Source: Antedon mediterranea (lineage: Eukaryota > Animalia > Echinodermata). From it: a stretch of DNA of 64,000 bases. The notes under the pieces were generated by a model. The model was not told where the DNA came from. It saw nothing but the letters and a program-made list of their open reading frames with translations, and ran no database searches. A program made the position numbers and the translations under genes. Where the stretch lies: the NCBI RefSeq assembly GCF_964355755.1, contig NC_092674.1:12028001-12092000 (forward strand), given 5' to 3'. Shown here in pieces: positions 43,301-52,612 of the stretch. The number at the start of each line of letters is the position of its first letter. The stretch's first letter is position 1.

Positions 43301-43396
43301 TTGTACGATCATCTCCCAGTGTATAACCATAAATTACTGATGCCTGAGTTATAACTTGTGGTCGATCTGAATAACCTGCTATGTCAAGTATAGGAT
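22337..43396 (-). CDS. Receptor-type protein tyrosine phosphatase with Tie-like ectodomain, copy 2 (Ig, EGF, FN3, TM, PTP D1, PTP D2; first exon not found)
   Basis: Exons: 43043-43396, 42420-42662 (Ig), 41575-41709, 36319-36465, 35618-35743, 35297-35449 (EGF), 34747-35055, 34348-34415, 33838-34072, 33177-33449, 32803-33005, 32423-32501 (FN3), 31778-31862 (TM), ~30829-30974, ~29564-29752, 29192-29279, 28701-28777 (DYINASY), 28282-28318, ~27657-27753, ~27315-27437 (YWP), ~26542-26703 (WPD, VIVHC), ~26089-26225 (STGAGRTG), ~25368-25515, ~24846-24923, ~24640-24715, ~24100-24363, ~23614-23766, ~22768-22903, 22337-22402 (EQYKFCY, stop). Confidence 0.92.
26767..26905 (+). mobile_element. Short HINE/DINE-1-like (Helentron-associated) element in an intron
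   Basis: T-run start, sub-terminal inverted repeat AGTCGCGT/ACGCGACT, (GGTC)n microsatellite, TTGTTT end. Confidence 0.6.
30231..30382. mobile_element. Palindromic MITE (possibly PIF/Harbinger-like)
   Basis: Imperfect terminal inverted repeats TTGGTTCGCACTTG / CAAGTGGGAACCAA and internal inverted TTGACCAATCA / TGATTGGTTAA. Confidence 0.5.
38087..38186. repeat. 34-bp tandem repeat, about 3 copies
   Basis: Unit GTATCAAAACGTTATAAATTATAAAATAGAGTAT. Confidence 0.8.
40433..40615. repeat. 27-bp minisatellite, about 7 copies
   Basis: Unit CACACACCTTACAGCCAC(C/T)TCACGGAG. Confidence 0.92.
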
Positions 43397-43539
43397 CTAT
43401 TAAAAACAGTTCCAAAAAGATAAATATTATTATTACAGTAAATTTCAATTAAAATAGTACATATGCCTAATCATTTATCACATTCTAATAATACTAATTT
43501 AAGTTGAACTTTGTTTACTATAGTTCTATTTAATAATAA

Positions 43540-43846
43540 CTAGATGGATGGATTCGAGAACCATCTAGGTCGTGCTCAAAGATGGTTCTCAAATACATAG
43601 TAATTTCAGCGTTAAAAAACTGGTGAAATTAAATTTACGTACCGAAGGACAATAATACATGTTGTTTACAGGAACGAATAAATAAACACGGTGAATTATG
43701 TACTCAACAAAAATTAGCACCTTGGGAATTACTTCCGAAAGAGAAATTTGCAAATTTGCAAATTTAAACAAACTTAATTTGTGTTTTGTATGTAACATTA
43801 GGCTTGAGGGATGGGGAAGATATTGGGTGCAAAGAGGAACAATTTT
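43540..43846 (-). mobile_element. Helitron 3' terminal segment, copy C, fused to the GC-rich island
   Basis: CTAGATGG...CCATCTAG hairpin, then about 300 bp collinear with copies A and D up to GAGGAACAATTTT, where homology stops abruptly. Confidence 0.88.
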
Positions 43847-45138
43847 GCACGCTGCACGACCCGCCTCGACGTCGATCGCGAAGAATCCGGCTTCTGCAAT
43901 TCTGCCTGCCGCAGGGATCTTCCAGCGTGCAAATGTCCGTCGTCTTTCGTACAAGTCGGCGAATTTAGGGTAGCACATTTTTAGAACCGATGACGACGAC
44001 GATGACGTTTGTTTGTTCGTGGTGCTGTCGTCGACCCGGTAGGCGTTGCAACGTGACGGCAAGTACCCGCAGTGCGGGTAAAGTCTCTCGTGTTCTTGTT
44101 CCACGTTATCTCCAGATTTCAATCCTTTCAGTCGACCGCGGCAACAGAAGCATTCAACGCAGTCGCCGACTCCGGTGTAGTAGAATCCGGAGCGAGCCAT
44201 GGAACTATAAGGCGCGACGCCGTTTTTTTTTGCCAGCCAGTTTTTGTAGGTTGCCAATCTGCTCCACAATGACGACATCCTGGCGATCTCCACCCGAGTC
44301 ACGACGGCATCGTTGCTGCTCGTGCTGCTGCGGTTTGCTTCCTTGCGTTTCTGCGACAAAAATTCGCAGGTCCGGTTGAACTTTCCGTGCTCGACGTCAG
44401 CGACGTCCCCTTCCTCCCAGCCTTTAAGACCGACCATGCAGGAGAAGCATTTGACGTGGTCATCCGTGCCGGTGTAGTAAAATCCGGAACGAGCCAAAGA
44501 GATCGACGACACAACGTTCTGGATGGGCCAATTCTTGTAATATGCCAACCGAGCAACGTAACTGGACATGGGAGGCGGGGATGTGGGAGGCGGAGACGGT
44601 AACACGGACAGAGACGACATCTTGTCGGGTAGCGACGACGTCGAAGAACGTGGAAATGGTTCGTGTGCGTTTTCAGCGTTTTGCTTTTTCGTTTTATTCT
44701 TCACGACGGCGTCGTTGCTGCCCGTGCTGCTACGGTTTGCTTTCGCGAGTTTCTGCGACAAAAATTCGCAGGTGGGAGAAAATTTTCCGTGCACGACGTC
44801 TGCGACGTCCCCTGCCTGCAACCGCTCGTGCAGGAGAAGCATTTGACGCGGTCATCCGTGCCGGTGTAGTAAAATCCGGATTGGGCCAAAGAGATCGACG
44901 ATACAGCGTTCTGGATGGGCCAATTCTTGTAAGATGCCAATTACCGAGCTACGTAACTGGACATGGGATTCGGGGACGTGGGATTCGGAGACGATAACAC
45001 GAACGGAGACGACATTTTGTCGGGTAGCGGCAACGACGACGACGACAAAGAACATGGAAATGATTCGTATGCATTTTCAGCGTGTTGCTTTTTCGTTTTA
45101 TTTTTTCTTTTTTTTTAATTATTTTTATTCTTTGACAT
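43847..45138 (-). pseudogene. iap: Inhibitor of apoptosis (IAP) with four BIR repeats; BIR1 disrupted, BIR2-3 intact, BIR4 truncated
   Basis: RLAYYKNWP...LARSGFYYTGTDDHVKCFSC-x16-H-x6-C and RLATYKNW...SGFYYTGVGDCVECFCC-x16-H-x6-C; in-frame TAA at 44941-44943 and a frameshift in BIR1; no RING domain; the frame runs on into the Helitron to 43589. Confidence 0.9.
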
Positions 45139-45200
45139 GGTTGTTTTTGAAATTAGAAAGAAATGAAGATAAAAAAATATTCGTCATGACTTTTCTTCAG

Positions 45201-46375
45201 CTAGAGGCGACTGCAAGTGCGCTCGCTTCGGTTCGCCGCCAGGGACCGTTTCGCCAAGTAAACCGTCTGTTTTCGATCGAGATTTTGTTGCCGTTTTTTT
45301 TTCGGAGGTCCTTGCAACGCACGGCTCAGCGCGGAGTTCAGGTTGATGTAGTTACGCCAAAACGACAGTTCGGCGTTGCTCGTCGGGCCTCTTGTGTCGA
45401 CCAGGTGCCTGCAAATTTTGACAAGGTCCTCGATCTTGTCGTTGTCGCCCCCTCTCTCTCTCTGCCTCTCTCGCAATTAACGTCGTAGTATTCCAACTGA
45501 GGCAAGGACGAAATCGATCGATTGTCTTCGGACAGCGTTGTGGCCACGGTCATCGTTGTACCGAACACGTCCGAAAATCTGTTGAGCATTTTCGACGGCC
45601 TGTCCGACATGACGTGACTTATGTCCCTGTAAGGAACTTTCGAAAACTTCGATCGACTCCTGACGCAGGAGTACATGGGACGAACGTCCGACATGCGGAC
45701 GAGAGTTCCCTCCGGAACGTACTTCCACGCAAAAGAACCGGCTCGAACTTTTCCGATGGCACGATGGCCTTTCTTCGTATCGACGGCAATTCCGAGCTCG
45801 GTCGCTCCCAATTTGGCGAACTCGGCTGAATCGAAGGCGACGAGCTTGAAGCGATGTTCTGTTCTGTTGTACGTCACGTTCCTCGGCGTAATGTTGTTGT
45901 GAACGATGCCGATCTTGTTCAGATAAACGACCGCTTCGCAAATGTTTGACGTCAACAAAGTCACACAAGGGACGATGCAGTGCACGTAACGCAACATTTC
46001 CAGATCGCATCCTTCGTTGCTCATCTTGATGGAAAGTACCATGCCTTTCAGGAACGTCACGTCGATAAGAAGCGGCATGTACTTTCGGTTGTTCGCGACC
46101 GTCTTTGCGTGAGCGAGTATCATCGCCTCCTTGTTGCCGGTCGGATCAGGCTTCTTTGTGTCGCCGGCGGAATTCGAGAGGAGCAAAGTCTTTTTCACCA
46201 CTCGCACATATTCCTTGCTGGACTTGACGTTTCCGAAGCGTCCGTTCTTGTCCACTCGAAAGGCCCCGTATCTGCTGACGGATTCGTCCATCTTGTCGAA
46301 AAGTATCGTGGTTATTTGCGTCGACGTGTCGTCGACGCCACCATATGCGGCGGTGGTAGGTTCAACTGCAGCCAT
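45201..46375 (-). CDS. Intronless protein-kinase-fold protein, predicted catalytically inactive; probable frameshift in a GA tract near 45460
   Basis: GRFGNV (Gly loop), VVKK, KEAMIL (alphaC Glu), VVYLNKIGIVHNNITPRNV (catalytic-loop equivalent), FKLVAFDSA (DFG equivalent), SDVFG (subdomain IX); ORF 45201-45476 looks like the displaced C-terminus. Confidence 0.75.
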
Positions 46376-46963
46376 GTCCCAAATTTACAGGTGGCAACAC
46401 GTTTCGGCGAGGAAAAGTCCCAAATCGCTTTACGAAGCTCTTGTGGCGGAACGTAAATGGGTTATCCTTGGCCCTAGAATCCTAGGCCTACTGTAGAAAG
46501 TATCGTATCGCAGTTGTGTAATCGCTTCTTGTTGCTATACGCTTGGGTGCACACGGAACAACACATTTAACTGATGAATTATTCATGTTTATTTTGTGAC
46601 GTTTCATCAGGGGGTCCCCAACTTATGTACGAAAAACAAAATCGCCGACGGGACGGTGAGCTGGAATCGATCTTCGGATTGTTTCGCTTTGTTTCGTCGG
46701 TGCGCCAGGGCTCTGCTCAAGTGCCACCCGACAACGGAATTCGTACGAAGTCCGTTACAATCCCACGGAACTTGCGTCAAAGTCATAGAACGGCTAGCTC
46801 TCGAAAGAGACGACCCTTCCAATCGATTTGCAGACGCCGACGAAGATTCCAGAGAAGACGGATTCGATTTTCCGCCCTCGAGATCGTTGCCTTGTCATCT
46901 GCCTCGGCCGTTCGACGAGCCGCGACTGCCTGCGCAGTACTCGCACGGCGGCGCTGATTACGA

Positions 46964-49900
46964 TTTTTTTTTTCATTTCATTTCATTTATTTCAATATCA
47001 TTATCGCAGCCTTAGCTGAATTACAAAGATATTTACATTTGTTCAATATTAAAATTTGTATAAAAGTATAAAACCAATGATAATTATACATAAAAAAGGA
47101 GGCAATTTACACAAGAAATACAATACAGGAACATTCAAAAAGTTTAGCTTAAAATATTAAAATACAAAAAAAAAACACCTAAAAGCATCAATAAGAATCG
47201 CAAAGCTGTACTGGGTGATATATACTGATTATTCATTTAGAAGCGAGATAAGGTATGGTATTGCACTTTTTCTATATCTTTCAACTCTGCATTTGGGTTG
47301 TTGATACTTTACACGTCTTAGTTTCATGTTACTTACATTCTTCACTGGAAACCATTTTCCAAAATGAATACTTTTTGAACAATTCAGAGCAAACTTATAG
47401 CATAGATTACGCCTTCTATCAGATAAAGTGTCTAAAGAAAGATCATTGAGTGCTTGGTCATAACATATGTAGTCATTACACAATATTATTCTGCAGGCCT
47501 TTTTTTGGACAGATTCTATCATATCACTTTGTTTCTTAGTGAGACTAGAATGCCATACTGGGACAGCATATTCAACACTTGGTCTTATGTAACTCTTAAA
47601 TACATCTACAAGATCAAATTTCGGAAGATTGAACTTTCTTAATCTACATAATATATGCAGACGTCTACTGGCTTTGGATACAATTTCTTTAACATTACGG
47701 TCCCATTTGAGGTTAGCTTGTATCCATAAACCTAGTAACTTAGTTTCATTAACGATTTCAATTGTAGCATTACCAATGAAAAGGGGTTCAAGTTCATATT
47801 GATTTCTTTGAAAGTTAAAATACATAGTTTTACATTTAGTTGGGTTAAGTTTTAGTTTGTTTTCATTAGACCATACATTCAGTAAAGCAACATCATTCTG
47901 AATTGAGGAAGTTACGTCCTTTTTTACTATCTGTCCTATGCACAAATCATCTACATATTTCCAAGTTTTACATGGCGAGTCTTGCATGGCATCATTAATT
48001 AAAGCAAGAAAGATCATAGGCCCAAGGAGCGTACCTTGAGGGACGCCACATGTTAGATTAACACTCATTGATCAGGTGGATTTATAGCGTACTTGTTGGG
48101 TTCTGTTTGACAAAAAGCTAATTAAACACGGTACAATTTCAGGTCTACAGCCAAGTGTTACTAATTTAGAAACTGCTATTGTGTGATCAACACAATCGAA
48201 TGCTTTACTAAAGTCAGTTAAAACAAACTGACCAACAGATTTGGGAATGTTACTACCTTCATAGAACACATTTAGTAGATCAACCAAATTATGGGTTGTA
48301 GAAAAGTGTTTACGGCAACCATATTGGTTGTTATCAAGATTTTTCTCGATATCTGTTAAGAGCCATTTTTTAATGAAGCCCTCAGCTACCTTAGCTAAGA
48401 TACATGTAAGTGAGATTGGTCGAAATTTGTCAACCCTAGTACAACCATTTTCTTTGGGAACCGGAGTAACAATAGCATCCTTCCACATAGTTGGGACATG
48501 ACCCTCACTGAGGGAGGCTTTTAAGATATTAGTCATAGGGATGCTTAGTTCGCATGCAAAATCTCTTATTAATCTGTTAGGCACATTATCAGGGCCCGGG
48601 GACTTATTTACTTTAACTTTTCTTAATTGATTGTACATTTCCCATTCTTTTACATTAGGGGGTTTATTAGCAGGTAAATACGTAGGGAACTTACATAAAT
48701 CAATACTAGGTCTGCTTTGGGAAGTTATAGCAAAATGGTTGTTTACAAAATCACTTATACCATGATAGTCATCCTGCGGAATATCCTCAACACTAATAAG
48801 TGGTTGGGGCTTAGTTTTATTAGCTAACATCTGCACGCCTTGGTGCCATTTATGGGGATTAGTGGCTTTTAAGTTTAATAAACGTTCATTGTAAAAGTTC
48901 ATTTTGTCTTTCTTGATCACTTTTTGTACCTTATTCCTATACTATTTCCATTCCAGCGATTTACCATGATTAGTAAAAGCGTGTTGACGTTTCATTATAT
49001 AAGATCCTTTGCTTGTTGTGAAATCCATGGCTTATCAGTTGGATGTATCTTAATGGATTTAACCGGGAAGAAAGTGTTCATAGCAGAAGTCAATGACAAA
49101 TAAAATGATTGCGTTTTCTGTTCAGTAGTACTCGCGTTAGTAACCTCGTACCAGTCATGGGTAGTTATCCAACGGCCAAATTCTTCAACACTTTTCGCTT
49201 TCATTGGTCTGATTACACGCTTTTCGATTTTGTTGCTATTCGTCCTTGTAGTTGCTGACAACAGAACACAATTATGATCGCTAGCACCCATCGGCGACAC
49301 AATTCGGGGATCGCAATAATACTGCTTCAGATTGGTGGCTATAATATCTAGTATTGCATCCCCTCGCGTTGGTTCTTTCACAATTTGTTTTAGGTTATGT
49401 GCATGGCATAGCGGGGCTAGGTCAGTTCTGTTCAGGTCCCCCATAATAATGAAGTCAGCGTCTGGGTGTTTAAGTTTAAGACTGTCAAGAGATTTAATAA
49501 TATGATCCAAAAGTAGTTGTTGGTCAGAAGAATTAGGTGGAATATATATTCCACAAACTATAATAGAGGATACAGCTCTAGGAAGCCTCTTCGGTCTTAT
49601 AAAAACCCAAACACACTCTAGCTCTTCGGGTACTACTATTTCAGGTATTCTTCGCGACAGAAATTCAGAATTAACATATACAGCCACTCCACTACCCTTC
49701 CTATGCGTTCTATGATAGGTATAAATATCATCAGTGCATCATCTGTTATTTGCGGTGTTTGCCAAGTCTCTGTGACAACTGCTAAATCAATACAATTTTG
49801 AAGTAGAAGGGTTTCTAGTTCGTCCACACGGTAGATTAACGAACGCGGGTTAGTCAGGAAAATCGATGGGAGTGATGGCTGTAACATTGTATAGTTGACT

Positions 49901-50763
49901 TTACGAAGTGAATTAGGGAATAAACTACTTAGAAAACGCCCTCGCTTGTTGTCTATATAATCAGAAGCACGTGTAACAGTGATAATAGTGGGAATTTTTC
50001 TGCGTATATTTACACCACCTCTTCTACCTCTACTTTTACGATAGATGCCAAGATTATTCAGCTTAGTGAGGGTTCCCTTAGGTAGGTATTGCACCTTATT
50101 ACGACGTTTAAAGAAGGCTGATCCAATATAAAATAGCTCATGTCTGGAATAACGAGTCATTTTGGCTTGCTCAGTGGCTTGTGTATCATTCCAATGTAAG
50201 AATTAAATCCCTTCTTGTTAAAATTTGAGAACTTATCTCACCTCAACAACAGCAGTACAGATAAAATGTTAAAAAGGAAAGTTATCTCAATCCAACACCA
50301 ACACTCAACAGTACAGTTAAAATGTTAAAAAGTGGTTCCACATCAAAAAAATGTAAAGAAAAAGTACTTGCACTAAGTTAAATTAGATCACAAACACATA
50401 AAGATCATCATGCTACAGTCGCCCAATACTTCTGAAACCGCCGATTCTGTCGGTTGGTCTGGGCCTAGGCTAGGCTGCCCACTCGGCTTGCCTGAATTCT
50501 CCGCCGACAACCGTCCGACGATAGGTCGCGGTGAGCCCAGCCAGTATCCTGGTTATAGTTTCAGTTGTGGGATTAGCAAGTTAATGTTCAGATTGCAATT
50601 TATAAACATAACATGTAGCATTCAATCCCCAGTACAATGCACAAATTTTACTACTAAAGCAACAGATGTCCACAAAACAACAAAAAACCAGTCACAAAAG
50701 AGGAATTCCAGAGCCAAAAATCTGTAAACTAATTAAGAATGGCGACAGCTATAATGCGCCCTC
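46964..50763 (-). mobile_element. Near full-length CR1/L2-group LINE (Rex1/Daphne-like; APE and RT in one disrupted ORF)
   Basis: LPSIFLTNPRSL, VTETW, GIYIPP, MGDLN, SDH; KSPGPD, FRPISLT, DFSKAFD, GVPQGTLLGP, KYVDD across ORF pieces 50160-47229; (TGAAA)n plus poly-A tail at 46964-46995. The 5' boundary is approximate. Confidence 0.88.
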
Positions 50764-50789
50764 AAGATGATGATGATGTTGATGACGAT

Positions 50790-51623
50790 TGATAAGATGT
50801 ATAAATGGTCAGTAAAGTGGCAGTTGCCCTTGAATATTAATAAATGTAAGGTTATGCATCTCGGTAAAAAATCCTTGAACACAACATACTTTATGGGAAC
50901 AGGTTCAGATAGAATTCAGTTAGGAGTTGTACCTCAGATGAGAGATCTTGGTGTTTTAGTTGATAATAAATTGAATTTTCATGATCATATTGTTGAAGTT
51001 GTTAAAAAGGCTAACTCTAGACTTGGTTTAATTAAGAGAACCTTTGAATATTTAGACAGTCATTTAGTGTCTATCCTTTATAAATCAATGGTTAGACCGA
51101 TTTTAGAATATTCAAGTACGGCTTGTCTTCTTCAGTTTGTTGGTGATTCTATTCTCTTAGAAAAAGTTCAGCAAAGAGCCACAAAACTTGCTGTGGAAAT
51201 TAAAACTCCACCATATAGTGACCGAATGAAATTTATGAAACTGCCATCATTAGCATTTCGAAGAAAGAGGTCTTGCTGCTTACAGATTTTTAGAATGATA
51301 CAAAAGTATGATAATGTTAATCTGGGTGTCTTTTTTGAATTAGCACTATCTACTGTAACTAGAGGCCACAATTTTAAAATTAAAAAAGTTCATAGTAAAT
51401 CGAAACACAGACAGAAATTCTTTTCAATATCTGCAGTAAATGATTGGAATAGTTTGCCATAGCATATAGTAAATGCATCCTCTATAAATAATTTTAAAAC
51501 CCATCTTGAAACACACTGGAAAACCCAGAACCTAAAGTTTGAGCCATATAACCAAGATGTTCAAAGAGGGACTCACAAACCTTAACAGGTTTATAGTCTA
51601 AAGGTCAAGGTAAATCAAGGTAA
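50790..51623 (+). mobile_element. 5'-truncated CR1-type LINE (RT C-terminus and 3' UTR)
   Basis: WSVKWQLPLNINKCKVMHLG, DLGVLVD, LYKSMVRPILEY, LEKVQQRATK, TRGH, WNSLP; short (CAAGGT)-type tail repeats at 51601-51622. Confidence 0.88.
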
Positions 51624-52612
51624 AAATAATTGAAAATGTAAACTTAGATGGTTGAATATCTAAAATAAAAGGAAGACCCCACCAAAAATAATGTAGCCAC
51701 AACATTGTTAAACTCTACCCTAATGCTCTGACTAATGTATAAGCTTTCTACAATTTCACACACCCCTCTCTACCCACTCCAAGACTATCGCCTTTTACGT
51801 AGATGGTCTGTAGAGCATTTGAGGAGAACGAGTAGTTCTATTTTATTTTTCATTCGCCATTTAACTCTTAATTAATTAGACATTAGTAAGAATTTTTTTA
51901 ACAATTTTTAAATTTTTTATTTATAGGTTTCTGGATTAAAAACTATTGTTTTTGGGGCATATTAACTTAGGATCCTCAACATCTAAATGAAAAAAAGAGT
52001 TATTATCTGGGTAAATATTAGCAAGAACATGAGACTAGCTTTCTTTGTTTTATAGTACACTTATTTCTTTCTTCTCATCACATACTGTATTGCATACCAT
52101 TCCCAATAATCTAACCATCTCCAAGATACAACTCTAACAGGGGCATCCAAATTAACAATTCTAAAATATTAAAGCTTCTCAATTGGACACAAGTGAGTTG
52201 ACCAATTACAAGCGTGTTGTGATTGGTACCATTACTTACAGTGAGCTTATATATCTGTGTTGTGCCAATGTGGAAGCAAGCAAATACATAAACACACCAA
52301 CAATAATGTAGCCACAACGTTGTTAAACTCTACCCTAATGCTCTGACTAATGTATAAGCTTTCTACAATTTTACACACCCCTCTCCACCCACCCCAAGAC
52401 TATCTCCTTTTACGTAGATGGTCTGTAGAGCATTTGAAGAGAACGAGTAGGTCTATTTTATTTTTCATTCGTCATTTAATTCTTAATTAGAATTTTTTTT
52501 TTTTTTTACAATTTTTTTTAATTTTATTTATGGGTTTCTGGATTAAAAAGTTTCATTGTTTATAAGTGAGATATTTCTCTTGGTTTTTAAAATTAGAATT
52601 AAAACATTTTAC

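Larger units (their letters stand above)
43847..46963 (-). other. GC/CpG-rich intronless island, probable endogenous viral element or foreign transposon cargo
   Basis: Sharp compositional switch at both ends; co-oriented intronless ORFs separated by short AT-rich spacers; carries IAP and kinase-fold genes. Confidence 0.7.

Noticed and set aside
43698-46496. Many plus-strand ORFs in the GC-rich island
   Set aside because: Antisense shadows of the IAP and kinase genes, expected where stop codons are rare; no recognisable motifs.
46955-50790. Possible TSD (TGATTACGATT / TGATGACGATT) around the minus-strand LINE
   Set aside because: Imperfect, one copy lies in a (GAT)n tract, and island sequence does not resume beyond the LINE, so it cannot be supported.
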